From: Haliotis rubra
Taxonomy: Eukaryota
Reading direction: 5' to 3'
NCBI RefSeq assembly: GCF_003918875.1
Contig: NW_025767099.1
Location: 868,001-932,000, forward strand
Length of the DNA stretch: 64,000 bases
The notes beneath the pieces were generated by a model, which worked only from the letters and a program-made list of their open reading frames with translations, did not search any database and had not been told where the DNA came from. Position numbers and translations under genes: made by a program. How positions within the stretch are numbered: the first letter of the stretch is position 1; the number at the start of each line of letters is the position of its first letter. Below, one piece after another: positions 10,601 to 24,114 of the stretch.

Positions 10601-13600
10601 AGCGTGAATGTCAGTATCAAGCTTGAAGTTTTATTGCTTGTCTGGATGAGCGCACATGTCAGTATACAGCTTGAAGTAATATTGCTTGTCTGGATAAGGG
10701 CACATGTCAGTATATATCTTTTAGTTATATTGCTTGTCTGGATAAGCTTGCTTGTCAGTATATAGCTTGAAGTTATATTGCTTGTCTGGATAAGCGCGCA
10801 TGTCAGTATATAGCTTGAAGTAATATTGCTTGTCTGGATAAACGCGCATGTCAGCATATAGCTTGAAGTTATATTGCTTGTCTGGATAAGCGCACTAGTC
10901 AGTATATAGCCTGAAGTAATACTGCTTGTCTATATAAGCGCGCATGTCAGTATATAGCTTGAAATTATATTGCTTGTCTGGATAAGCGTGCATGTCAGTA
11001 TATATCTTGAAGTTATATTGGTTGTCTGGATAAGCGTGCATGTAAGTATATAGCTTAAAAGTTTTATTGCTTGTCTGGATAATCGTGCATGTCAGTATAT
11101 ATCTTGAAGTTATATTGCTTGTCTGGATAAGCGTGCATGTCAGTATATATCTTGAAGTTATATTGCTTGTCTGGATAAACGCGCATGTCAGTATATAGCT
11201 TGAAGTTATATTGCTTGTCTGGATAAGCGCACATGTCAGTATACAGCTTGAAGTTATATTGCTTGTCTGGATAAGCGCCCATGTCAGTATACAGCTTGAA
11301 GTTTTATTGCTTGTCTGGATAAGCGTGCATGTCAGTATACTGCTTGAAGTTATATTGCTTGTCTGGATAAGCGCGCATGTCAGTATACAGCTTGAAGTAA
11401 TAGTGCTTGTCTGGATAAGCGCGCATGTCAGTATATATCTTTTAGTTATATTGCTTGTCTGGATAAGCGCGCTTGTCAGTATATAGCTTGAAGTTATATT
11501 GCTTGTCTGGATAAGCAGGCATGTCAGTATATAGCTTGAAGTAATATTGCTTGTCTGGATAAGCGCGCATGTCAGTATACTGCTTGAAGTTATATTGCTT
11601 GTCTGGATAAGAGCGCATGTCAATATACTGCTTGAAGTTATATTGCTTGTCTGGATAAGCGCGCATGTCAGTATATAGCTTGAAGTTATATTGCTTGTCT
11701 GGATAAGCGCCCATGTCAGTATACAGCTTGAAGTTTTATTGCTTGTCTGGATAAGCGTGCATGTAAGTATATAGCTTGAAGTTATATTGCTTGTCTGGAT
11801 AAGCGTGCATGTCAGTATATATCTTGAAGTTATATTGCTTGTCTGGATAAACGCGCATGTCAGCATATAGCTTGAAGTTATATTGCTTGTCTGGATAAGG
11901 ATCGACTGGTGACGAATGTTGGTGTAGGTCACGGAAAGGGGCGACTGGTGACGAATGTTGGTGTAGGTCACGGAAAGGGGCGACTGGTGATGAATGTTGT
12001 TGTAGGTTACGGAAAGGGGCGACTGGTGACGAATGTTGGTGTAGGTCACGGAAAGGGGCGACTGGTGACGAATGTTGGTGTAGGTCACGGAAAGGGGCGA
12101 CTGGTGACGAATGTTACGGAAAGAGACGAGTAGTGTAAGTTGTCCAAATGTCAGGTTATCTGTCGCCAACTTAATCCATTCCCCATTTGTCTTTTCAGAA
12201 GCGACTCTACGTCATCAACCTTAAAACTAACGCCTGCACCGTACGCGACGTTGACAAACCTTTCCGTAGATTCTGCACAGGTAGTTTATCAAATATATAA
12301 ATACTAAAATATGAGACTGGCAACTTCCTTTGAATTTTGCAAACTTTCTCATTCAGACATTTTGCCAAAACCTCAGCATAGTTTGTAAACGCGTCAGTGG
12401 GGTGAAACGTCGTTTAGTTAGCGTCTAACGTCATTGTATCACATCGTGTCTGCTTGATATGGGAGGAAGTCCCGAAGTCCTAGACGTTTACTGTATTGGT
12501 GAAATACCCCAACAGGGTTATGTCGCTGACAGACCTCAGAACACTGGGGTTCGAACCCAGATTTGACGGTTTCTGGTTTGCTGTCCAGGGGTATACGAAG
12601 TACCAGTCAAAATATAAGCTATGTTTAGTGGTAGCTAAAAATGAAACAAACAGAAATGTTTATTCAATGCAGATGGTGATGCTTGTCGAGTTTCGGCGAT
12701 TGTGTTCAGTCCAGTTTATGCTTTTGTTTATATTTGTTATGTTGGAGGCAAAGCAATCTCTCTCTCCCCCCGAGAGTTTATAATCAGGTGCTTAGTAAGC
12801 CACGCTTGATATAAGAGGCGAGGCAACGAATAGGGTTGTCGTCGTGTGTCAAATGCTTGGGTTGATGCTCAGGTTGTCAACTACTTACTTGATAAGCGTG
12901 GTACTAAAATATGAAACAAACTGAAGACATGCAGCTGGCTAACTGCACAAAGTAAACGAGTGATTGAGAGAGCGACAGATTGAGTAAGTGAGTGAGTGAG
13001 TGCCCGGATTAAGCTCATGGCGCTAAATTTAACTCCACTGTGTGAATGCAATTTGTGCGAAATCTCATGGGGTCATTATTGTAGCTACTGTATATAGCGG
13101 CGGTCTGTCAATAATCAAGTCTGGACCAGACAATCAGTGATCAACATCATGATCATCGATCTACGCAATCGGGATACGATCATATGTGTCAACCCGATCA
13201 TCTTGTGTCTGAAGGTCTCATCATGAATCTCACCCATGCCATACATCTTTCATGTTGGAGACAGCACTTAATAATTACCGGATCTTTATATTTTCAGACT
13301 CTTTTAAGTATTTGTACGACATAAAACTGGGATATGGAGACAATTCCCTGAGAGCACGTGGATACTACAAAGAGTTCGGGTCGAAAGACGGCAAATACAA
13401 TGTCGGCCATGTTTACCTCGTCAGTGACGCCTGCATACCGTTACAGGGTGTAAACTTTGGTCTCGGCAAGCGTAAGTATGTCATGACGTTATGTCAACTC
13501 CTGTTAACGTGCAGTGGAAGTGTACGTGTGTGTGTGTGCTTGAGTAGGATAGTCATTTGTTGTCGTTCTTCCTCTTGTCGTCGTCGTCGTCGTGTTGTTG

Positions 13601-16600
13601 TTGTTTAACACACCTCACCCTCACATATTGATTCTTGAAATATTTATTTGTTCTTTGTCTTATTGTTCAGATCAGGACCACGTTCCACAAAGCGATCTTA
13701 GCGCGATCGTAAGTCTATGTTAACGTGTGGGAGTTACGACCACCATAGCGCTACGACGATGGTAGGTCTGTGTTAAAGTGTGGGAGTTACGATCACTATA
13801 GCGCTACGACGATCGTAGGTCTGTGTTAAAGTGTGGGAGTTACGACCACTATAGCGCTACGACGATGGTAGACGTCTGTGTTAAAGTGTGGGAGTTACGA
13901 CCACCATAGCGCTACTACGATCGTAGGTCTGTGTTAAAGTGTGGGAGTATCGACCACCATAGCGCTACGACGACCGTAAGTCTATGTTAAAGTGTGGGAG
14001 TTACGACCACCATAGCGCTACGACGATCATAGGTCTGTGTTAAAGTGTGGGAGTTACGATCACTATAGCGCTACGACGATCATAGGTCTGTGTTAAAGTG
14101 TGGGAGTTACGACCAATTTAGCGCTACGACGATCATAGGTCTGTGTTAAAGTGTGGGAGTTACGACCACCATAGCGCTACGACGATGGTAGGTCTGTGTT
14201 AAAGTGTGGGAGTTACAACCACCATAGCGCTACTACGATCGTAGGTCTGTGTTAAAGTGTGGGAGTATCGACCACCATAGCGCTACGACGACCGTAAGTC
14301 TATGTTAAAGTGTGGGAGTAACGACCACCATAGCGCTACGACGGTCGTAAGTCTGTGTTAAAGTGTGGGAGTTACGACCACCATAGCGTTACTACTACGT
14401 CTCGTAGGTCTGTGTTAACGGTCGTAGTCTGTGTTGTGGGAGTTACAACCACCATAGCGCTACTACGATCGTAGGTCTGTGTTAAAGTGTGGGAGTATCG
14501 ACCACCATAGCGCTACGACGACCGTAAGTCTATGTTAAAGTGTGGGAGTAACGACCACCATAGCGCTACGACGATCGTAAGTCTGTGTTAAAGTGTGGGA
14601 GTTACGACCACCATAGCGCTACTACGATCGTAGGTCTGTGTTAAAGTGTGGGAGTTACGACCACGCTACGATGATGGTAAGTCTGTGTTAAAGTGTGGGA
14701 TTTACGATCACCTTAGCGCTACGACGATCGTAGGTCTGTGTTCAAGTGTGGGATTTACGATCACCTTAGGTGCGCTGGGGTAGGCTGAGTGAGTGAGTGA
14801 GGTTTCATACAGGTCTTCTTCGGCGTGACCAGCGAACGCTTTATCCACTGAGCTACCCATCCGCCCCATCACACTTGGATGAGGGTAACTTGAGGAAGGA
14901 AGTGGTTATATTGTAATGACGTGTAAAGTTTTATTGACATAATTTTGTCTTTACAGTGGACTTTCTGACCTCGACTGGCTGGGGGTCGTTCAGTAGCGAG
15001 TTTGATGACTCCGTGTTCAATCCTCCATCCACCTGCCCCCCTCTGTCCTGTTCACAGGTAAATCTTAAACTAGACGCAGTTTGACTGTACGTGAGTACTG
15101 CCTTTATCTGTTTGTTTGTTTGTTTAATGTTTAACGCCGCACTCAGGCTATAGCTCTATGGCGGCGGTCAGTAAATATCCGAGTCTGGTCCATGCAATCC
15201 AGTGATTGGCATGTATAGTTTGACCAGAAATTATTGAGAATTTTAGGAATATGTTTAATTGGATTTCTAGTATAAACAACCTTGACCAGCTATTAAGTGC
15301 TTGGTTTCAAGAGAGACAACTCCGTAAATCCTTTTTCATTAGTTTGTGAAGTGTTATCCCCCTTTGTTTACTTGCTAGCAGACGACATTTTCAGTGATCC
15401 TCAGTATGGATGATTTAGAGAAGAGGAAGTTGATTTGAGGGTATTATAACAAGGACATCAGATCAGCTAAAGTGATTTCAAATAGAACAGGCATCCCTTT
15501 GTCTACTGTTTATCGTGTTTTGAAAAATATTGCAAATTGATATGGCATTGAGCACCAGGGAGGCGCAGGTAGGCCCAGGAAATTGACTGTCGGTGACAGG
15601 AGGCGGCTTGGTATTCTTGTTTCTAAAACCAAACGAAGGAGTTTAGAAAACGTAAGGCTGGATATAATTGATAGAGGAACTGTGGCTGTATGTAAGGAGA
15701 CAATTAGAACTGAGCTGCATGCAATGGGTTGGCAGAAAAGTCGAGGAATTCCATCACCGATCATGAAACCTGAACAAAAGGAGCGAAGATTGAACTGGTG
15801 CTTACAGCACAGAAATTTTAACTGGGACAATGTGATTTCTCAGATGAAAGTTATGTGTGGCTGTTTCCTAATACACTGAAATTCTGGACCAAACAAACTG
15901 AAAAACCTTTGTATCAGCTCCCAAAGTACAGTCCGAAATTTAACGTGTGGGGATTGCATATCTGTGTTAGGGGCAACGCCCCTCTGTGTATTTGAAGGGA
16001 ATATGAACAGTGAGCGGTACACAGATATTCTCGAGGGACATTTACTTCCATCTGCTCACGTGTTCTATGGAAATATTTGGATTTTCCAGCAGGACAACGA
16101 ACCAAAACATCGTTCAAAGCATTCACAGGCCTGGTTTCGGACCCAAAATATGACATTATTAGATTGGCCAAGCTATAGCCCTGATCTAAATCCAATAGAA
16201 AATGTTTGGGGACTTATGAAGGAAAGAGTCAATAAGAAAAATCTGACAAATATTGCTGAAATGAAAGAAGAGGTGGTCCGATATTGGGACAGCATGGACC
16301 ACGACTTTCTAACTTCTTTGATCAGTAGTATGTCCCGCCGCATTGAAGCCTGCATTGCTGCCCATGGTGACTTGACAAAATACTAACTGTTCACCTGTCT
16401 TTGAATCTGGAGTTATGTTCTGCTAATATTCACATTTAATACGTGAGTAATGAGTGAAAAAAATATAAAAAATTACAATCTTTAAATTCTCAATAATTTC
16501 TGGTTGTACTGTATATGTTCACAATTACATTATAAGTCAGTCTGGTATTCCGACTGTCTGTGTTAGGACGCCCTCGAGCAGAATGTACCAAAGTACAATT

Positions 16601-17368
16601 ACATTATCAGTCAGTCTGGTATTCCGACTGTCTGTGTTAGGACGACCTCGAGCAGAATGTACCAAAGTACAATTACATTATCAGTCAGTTTGGTATTCCG
16701 ACTGTCTGTGTTAGGACGACCTCGAGCAGAATGTACCAAAGTACAGTTACATTATCAGTCAGTTTGGTATTCCGACTGTCTGTGTTAGGACGACCTCGAG
16801 CAGTATGTACCAAAGTACAATTACATTATCAGTCAGTTTGGTATTCCGACTGTCTGTGTTAGGACGACCTCGAGCAGGATGTACCAAAGTACAATTACAT
16901 TGTCAGACAGTCTGATATTCCGACTGTCTGTGTGATAAAACGGCATACTGTATACATGTATGCCATGAATTGTCTGAAAAAGAAAGCGTCCCTAACTATC
17001 TAACCAAATTTATTTTAGATGGTCGCTATCAGAACCATATCATTTGGTTTGGGGGCCTTTGTGTGTAGAAAATAGGCTCTGAGTTGTACAGTCAGTTGTA
17101 CTTACGGCCAAACACTGCAGATCACAATATATAGAAATACGATCACAATATGGGTACCAGTAATGCATTATATAAACAATTTATTTGCCAGTACACAGTC
17201 CTAATAAATAGTTTTACACTGGATAATCGAGGGTGATTTAAAACGGAAGTTATGCCTGTGTGATTCCAGTTGATTATTTTATTTCATTTCTATTTACAGA
17301 AGAAATATGACGTGAATCTATTTGACATAATTCGAAACAACGGGCCTCTGAAATACGGGCAGCTGTAA
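7659..17368 (+). CDS. Ependymin-related secreted protein, paralog 2 (6 exons, about 221 aa)
   Basis: Exons 7659-7787 (signal peptide, CCAPDRW), 8869-8979, 12199-12280 (LYVINLKTNAC...FRRFC), 13298-13471 (LGYG...SDACIPL), 14957-15057 (DDSVFNPPSTC, the ependymin C-terminal motif), 17300-17368 (stop TAA). All introns GT-AG, phases consistent; AATAAA at about 17564. Confidence 0.88.
8580..8820 (+). mobile_element. SINE-like family B (about 240 bp, no tRNA head)
   Basis: Consensus begins gacccgtgaagatccgggttagaattgatcttcagtaacccatgcttgtcgtaagaggcgactaacggg and ends gctggaatattgctgagtgcggcgttaaa plus a simple repeat. Other copies at about 975-1218(-), 24690-24905(+), 28345-28519(-), 34861-35065(+), 47457-47695(+), 55314-55543(+), 62089-62311(-), with fragments at 13090, 15110, 53650 and 63280. 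Confidence 0.85.
8955..9652. repeat. 37-bp tandem repeat of an exon end plus splice donor, about 19 copies
   Basis: Unit aagtttatatcagatcacagaaat|gtaagtagaacta. Confidence 0.95.
9800..11900. repeat. 48-bp minisatellite, about 44 copies (intronic)
   Basis: Unit gcttgaagttatattgcttgtctggataagcgcgcatgtcagtatata. Confidence 0.95.
11903..12123. repeat. 39-bp tandem repeat, about 5.5 copies
   Basis: Unit cgactggtgacgaatgttggtgtaggtcacggaaagggg. Confidence 0.93.
13673..14770. repeat. 53-bp minisatellite, about 20 copies, preceded by a MITE-type end
   Basis: Unit gtgtgggagttacgaccaccatagcgctacgacgatcgtaggtctgtgttaaa; the array starts caggaccacgttccacaaagc. Confidence 0.95.
15216..16511 (+). mobile_element. 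Tc1-family DNA transposon (DD34E), decayed
   Basis: Imperfect TIRs sharing ccagaaattattgagaattt, flanked by TA. Transposase remnants from 15407 to 16386 with stops and frameshifts: SDES, FQQDNEPKH, SPDLNPIENVW with D-34-E spacing. Lies in intron 5 of the + strand EPDR gene. Confidence 0.92.
16520..16935. repeat. 74-bp tandem repeat, about 5.5 copies
   Basis: Unit caattacattatcagtcag...gagcagaatgtaccaaagta. Confidence 0.93.
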
Positions 17369-18465
17369 CAATGTACTACACGGAAAGAATCAGTGTGACA
17401 GAACGTCTACAACGTAATTCCCATCGACTCTAAAAAAAAACCGGTGATCTGTAGTCGACCTGGTTCACTTGTATACCTTCTTTCACATCGGTGATCGCTG
17501 GATAATGATGAATGAACATTCCCCTCTCGCTGTACTATATCATCCATGTCAATACTGTTGTAGAATAAACAGATGAGCATTTGAAGTTGTCTANNNNNNN
17601 NNNNNNNNNNNNNNNNNNNNNNNNNNNNNNNNNNNNNNNNNNNNNNNNNNNNNNNNNNNNNNNNNNNNNNNNNNNNNNNNNNNNNNNNNNNNNNNNNNNN
17701 NNNNNNNNNNNNNNNNNNNNNNNNNNNNNNNNNNNNNNNNNNNNNNNNNNNNNNNNNNNNNNNNNNNNNNNNNNNNNNNNNNNNNNNNNNNNNNNNNNNN
17801 NNNNNGACCTGTGTATAATGGGGGAAAAAGGCCTGTGTCACATATGCCATAGTTGACTTGTCCGAGCAGATAGTTCACACGCCAGTTGACTTCTCTGAGT
17901 ATATAATGTCTACGGTACTTGACTTGCTGGATAACACAGGTACCAAGTGAATTGTCCGAGCAGATAGTTTACATACCAGTTGACTTCTCTGAGTGTATAT
18001 TGTAGGTACAGGAACTTCATGACGTAGGATCGAGAGACACAGGAATATAATTAGTTCCATGGCTTCCTTGACAGGTATATAGGGGCGTGGTAAAGGTGAT
18101 GGCAGTTGACTTGCCAGAGTAGATAACTATTGTACCAAGTGACTTGTCCGAGCAGTTGATTTACCTGTTGACTTTACTAGTATATAATGTAGGCACATGT
18201 ACAAATTGACGTCCTGACCTGGAACCGTGAGGAATAATAAAATACAGTTAGACTATTTATTCCATGGCGTCCTTGAGAAGTATGCTTGGGTGTGGTAGAG
18301 GTAGTGGTTTTAGACACGGATGACACAGCAGTGTAAATGCCGTCACAATATCCATGCAGAGTGATGTATGTCTCTGAGGACTGTCCCCGACCTAGACTCC
18401 AGTGGATGTTGCTTCCCCAAGCAGCTTCAATAATGAGAATGACATGTATGTCTCTCGGGGTTTGA

Positions 18466-20737
18466 TTATTGTGATTCTGTCCTTTCATCCTCTCGTGCAG
18501 TACTCCTGCCCTTCAGGGGGTCTGAAAAGCATCAAATGGACTCATTATTTGCCTTGCTACAGTCCAGTGTAATATCCACAACGATAAACCAGGAGTGAAA
18601 TGGGGAGGGGCTGTTGCCATCTGGTTACAAACAAACGTGCCTTTAAAGTACTGAAGTATTGAAGCATACGTCTATCAGCGATGGTACCAGTTTAAAGGTG
18701 GAGTTGGGTGCAAAGCTGCTTTGAAAACAGTATTTCATGAAAGAAGGCTCAACACTGACACGATTACGAGTATTTGTTTGTAAGTAAGTATCAAAATCAC
18801 CTGTAGAAATCGTAGGTAGAATGCTGTTGATGAAGACACATTCATGGTGGACTACCCCATGTCCTGCTGATAAGTTGCTGACCACGTCAAGCGCCATGTA
18901 GGAGAGATCAGTGTTGTCAGAGGCTGGCCAGTTCACCTTGACGGCGAAAGGAGCGGTAGGGTCGCTGCAAACAGATATGAGAACTTCAAAGGACTTGAAC
19001 GTTTTGTTTGATATGTTAGGTATCATTCAAAATGTGTGAGCGAGTATGGTTTCTGGACACATTCAGAAAAAAACGGTTGAGGTTTTCAAAATAAGGCATC
19101 AGACATTGTACATGTGGGGACTAAGACACGTTACTCTGCTTGACGAGCGAACACATCGCTTCGCCAGCTATGACTTCTGAGAATACATTTGATTGATCTG
19201 ACAATTCCGTGATGGAATATGTCACTTACTGTCTCAGACTCATTCTATCACTCACTCACCCTGACTTGGCAAAGTTGGTCCAGTACGTCATCATGGTCCT
19301 GCTGAGTTCCATCTCCTCCTCTGTACATCCCAGAGACTTTTCCAGAACCCAACCAAAAACAAAGTCAAGCTCGTACCAGTGGGCTGCTCCTATCCACTGT
19401 GGATACGGACTAACTGATAGTGGGTGATTAAAGCTGTACACGTAGGTAGGGTTAGCAGGAGAGTACAATCTGTCAAACTCAAGATGAGGACACTTGAAAT
19501 CCCTATCTGACATCATGCGAGTCATGACATCCAAATAGTGAGTGTCCTTTAAAGGGACTTTCTGACTTTCATAAAACAGATGAAGAGGCTCTTCAAATCC
19601 TTTACCGCCAACAAAGTCAAAAGAAAGAAGACTTTCATATTCTGGCTGACTTAAAATCAGTGTTTCGGGTAATGTGGACACGTTTCTCATCTGCTTCAAC
19701 GCCATTGCCAAATACAGTGTAATCTCATCTCCAGTAAAACCGTGCAATACACTGGTCTGCATGATGGATCCGCTGGACAGAAGAGTTGTTGGGTCATCAG
19801 GAAGGAAGTACCCATCCACAACTGGAACAAATGCAAGTCCTTCATCAAACAAGCCGCTAAGTTGAAGGTCTGACATCGTACGAGAATCTGCTGCCTTCAA
19901 GCAGTCATACATCTCTGCATCTGACGAAGATGAAGGACATTCAAGGAGATCAGCAAGTCTCTTTAGTTTCCGTTTTGCTGTTCTGGGCTCCGTGTATGCC
20001 CATGGGCAAGTGAGGGTCCCACTCTGCATGATGGCTCTGTCAAACAGGTCACCTGACAGAGGTGACACCATGTGGTGACTCACGCTGACTCTTCCAGCAC
20101 TTTCTCCAAATATGGTCACTCGGCTTGGATCTCCACCAAAGTTGGCAATATTGTCTTTCACCCACTGTAAGGCTAATCTTTGATCCATCAAGCCCATGTT
20201 GCCAGGGATGGTATCTGGGCCAAGGTAGCCGAACCCTAAAGGCCCCAATCTGTAACTCATTGAAACAACGATGACGTCATTCTCTGCTGCAAGGTATTTT
20301 CCTTCATATAGTGGCATTCGTGTAGATCCACTATAAAAACCTCCACCATAGATCCAGACCATCACTGCCAGATTGCCATCATTGTCTGATGGCGCCCACA
20401 CTGGAAGATGAAGGCAGTCTTCACTGTAATCATCGGGTATCTGTTTGTGTTTTTCATCTGTGCTTAGAGCATCTTCAGGTTGGAAACAAGATGGCGTCGG
20501 TTTTCGTGCATCCCTAACTTCCGGTCCCCATGACTCTGAAGGCTGAGGATGCTTGAAGCGAAGATCACCTACAGGAGGCTTGGCATATGGGATTCCATAG
20601 AACACGTCAAGGGGCTTGCCCAACACTGACAGACGTTGTCCTAGAAGGGGGCCATTTAGAGTTGACACTTTTTGAGCCTTAGCAATGTGTAACAGTGACA
20701 ACAAGGCCAGAATCGCCAGTCTCTTTATTGTCCACAT
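18466..20737 (-). CDS. Type-B carboxylesterase / cholinesterase-like secreted alpha/beta hydrolase
   Basis: Large exon 20737-19260 with signal peptide, GIPYAKPPVGDLRF, SEDCL, WIYGGGF, GESAG nucleophile elbow, DE acid, AAH His and WTNFAKSG. Exon 18964-18801 (GDPT...NWP...ECVF). Tentative last exon 18521-18466 (DPLKGRSTAREDERTESQ*). A splice acceptor lies just before the ATG, so a 5' UTR exon is upstream. Confidence 0.9.
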
Positions 20738-22490
20738 TCTGAAAGAACGAAGCGATTTTACAGGTTAGCTTTTGGGAATGTAATTTATTTCTTGGTCACT
20801 TCCTAAGTCATATTGCCGGTTGGTCATTATTCCTTTACACGGACTAATACCTCAGACTGTACAAGTTAAGCAATGTTATGTCTGTGTAATTCAGTGTAAA
20901 TCAATGTTGTAATTGCATTACCTTGTTTCTGTTAAGATTCAGTTTGGGGCACTGATGTTCTTGTTACTATATCCAGGTGTCAAGAGTAAACCGGAAGCTT
21001 CTGGGACAGCGTGGACGAATGCAGCTTCGTACATACATTTCTATAAGTCTTTTGTATATATGCAAGGGTGCGAGTCTCAGTCATCTCACATTGCAGCACC
21101 AGCATTCTGCTAAGATCCTGTCTTCACTCTGGATATCAACAATCATGGTTGCACAACACGATGCTCATTGCTAAAAAAGTACATAGACTTACAGTATGTG
21201 GCGTGACGTCACAGTATCCAATAGAGAAACGGTGAAGTTGCAGTTTACGTTCTACGTATTTCATCCGAATAAAATACATTGGCACAAATTATAAATAATT
21301 TAGCACATAAACAGGTAATACTGAGTAATGAGCATATAAATATCGTGCCAGTACAAACTTTAAGAATGGTTATTACCCGTGCTGTGGTTCAGTGAACTCA
21401 TTCTTGTAAACTCAGTGAACTTTAAATTTTCATTATTTGGCTTCCTCGGGAATAAACAGCCCAGGAGTACATAACCCTGACTGTCTGTGAGTCGCGGGTA
21501 GGTTAACAGTCACATCACCATCTCATCCTACCAGGTGATTAGGTGCCTGACTCTGAGGGTGTGGGTTCGAATCCCGGATGGACTCGAGAGACTCAGACTC
21601 TTTCCAAAGTACAGAAATCGTTTTTTAACCATATGCTTATTCACATATATCATATCTATTCCTGTTTTTCAGTATTTGTCCAGTATATCGTCGAACTGTG
21701 TTTTGGGATGGTTAATATCCTGCATTAGGAATACTCATTGTATTTAGCGAGCCTTGGCAGGCTAAATATAGTGTTTATTCTAATGCAGGATAATAACCAT
21801 CCCAAAACACACGAGTGTGATAACCTATTTAATATACAAAGTCATTTTTGCTTTATAATTTTTAAAAATGCGATTTCAAATGCCACAAATCATGAAACTA
21901 AACTTCGTGGAATGTCTATGACGTCACATATATGTGCGGAGTAATACGTTACGTCACAATTTTCTCCTGGTCACTTAGCGGTCATCTAGTTCCCAGTAAG
22001 CTTTTATGCTAAAGCACGTATTTTTGTCAACAAATCTTAGCTTACGTTTGAAAAATAACAACAAACTCACGTGGAACTTCAGAAACCTTCAATTAACTTT
22101 TTGAACAACCAAATACGCTTTAATGTTAGCGTGACACTGTGCACCGTTCTCTCGCTAACACTGACAGTCGGTCGGGGAACTGATGTTGGTATCTTCGAAA
22201 GCCTATGAATTTCTATCTTCGCTTTGTAATCTACTCCATCTATCAAAACCAGGCATGAATTTTCTGGGATCAAAGCACTGACAGTACCGTAACCACGGCC
22301 GATACTCCGGACACGACCGCCGACCCTTGACGCCATGTTTGTTTACACTGTGAAAGTAGTCCCTGAAATTTGCATATGACCTCTCTAATTTGCATCGATA
22401 TCCGTATATGACCCCAACGGATACCGAAAATATCCGTTGGCTTTATTCTGCCGAGAACACTATCCATTGTATGATACATTTTACTTATTA

Positions 22491-24114
22491 AACTACCGGG
22501 CAAAAGAATGTTAGCACTTTTAAAATAATTGTATGAAAAACGAAAACGCTGGTACATGTTTGAACCCAAACAGAAAACATTCGCCAAATGCAAAATGGTC
22601 CCGATAACAACGGAGCTGTCCGAAATCTTCGTAAGAATCGTGCATTTTTCAAAACGTGGAAACGGAATTGTGGGACATCGTTCCAATTGCATGGGCATGA
22701 ATGTGGCATAAATACCGATGTAGGACTGAGCAAGCATGCAGTAACCAAAACCACCACCACGAATCTGCCAAGACTTAAGCAAGCCAAAGAAGACAGGGCG
22801 ATCGGTATGACCAATATGGGGGCTTCAGCTGGCAAGAATCTGCAACTGCTGCAAGCCTACCATCAACAAATTGATAAACTACTACCATCAAGCAGGCCAG
22901 ACCAAAGTCCACCCAAGGTCGGGAAGACCAAGAGTCACGATACCGACCAAATACCGCTTAATTCAGCAGATCCACTTCCGGGACAGCTCTGTGACGGCGA
23001 TGTCAACGGCGGCGACAGCACTAGGGCACGCCATCAGAAGACGAACAGTCCTTCGACGACTTGGTATGGCTGGAATACGAGCTTAACGCCCCTTCCACGG
23101 AATGACCTTCACCCGTCTACACCGTCAACGCTGACTGCAATGGTTACGAATTTTACGTCGGTGGCAGACTGGGAGAGACTGTTCTTTACAGATGAAAGTC
23201 GGTTCAGTCGGTTCAGAAACGATGGCACAGTTAAAGTTTTTTCCACGTAGAGGGGGCGATGCCCACATGCGTTCAAGAAGTTCATCCATTCTATGGAGGA
23301 GGCGTTGTGGTATGGGGCGGCCTTTGTGGCCAGAGATTAACAAGACCGTTTACCATCCGAGAAAATCTGAATGCCCAGCGATACAGGAATGATGTGTTGA
23401 GACCTTTAGTGGTGCCCTTTATTCGACAGCAGCCAAGAGGAGTCATTTTTCAGAAGGACAACGCAAGGCCTCACACCGCCAGAATCGTTCGAGAATACCC
23501 GCACAACGTCAACGTCAACGTATTGCCTTAGCCAGCGCGTTCTCTAGAAATGAACCCCATTGAATATCTCTGGGATCATCTTGATCGTCAGCTGAAACCC
23601 TGTGTACCATCTTCAGTGAACCGACAAGAACTTGAACAGATTCTCTTGGATTTATGAAACAGGATTCCTGCTGACCTCATCCGCCGACTGACGACGTCAA
23701 TGAGGAGACGTGTGCTGGCGTGTATGGATGTCCAGAGTGGTGACACTCGCTATTGATAACGTGTGCTGGCGTGTATGGATGTCCAGAGTGGTGACACTCG
23801 CTATTGATAACGTGTGCTGGCGTGTATGGATGTCCAGAGTGGTGACACTCGCTATTGATAACGTGTCCCCAGACTCCTGTCTCACAATACTATATGACTC
23901 TTTATGCACTTTTTGAATGAACTCTGATTTGTGTAATTTTTAATTTCGAACCATTGACACTTTCTTAATGAATTGCGGCAAATGCAAGCCAGCATTAAAA
24001 TGAAATTTAGTCAAATTATTTGAAACTGATTGCTGTTTTTAAAATAATAATCTTAAATCTCACTTACGTCTTTGTTTCTATTTTTTGTGAAGTGAAGTCT
24101 TGTGCCCGGTAGTT
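22491..24114 (+). mobile_element. Tc1-family DNA transposon (DD34E), decayed
   Basis: TIRs aactaccgggca(a/c)aaga flanked by TA. Motifs FTDESRF, FQKDNARPHTA, MNPIEYLWD (D-34-E) with stops and frameshifts. Internal 51-bp triplication at about 23709-23865. Confidence 0.9.

Noticed and set aside
10198-12169. Long repetitive ORFs (e.g. 424 aa, LIQTSNITSSYILTCA repeats)
   Set aside because: By-product of 48-bp and 39-bp units divisible by 3, inside intron 2 of the EPDR gene; open in several frames and strands.
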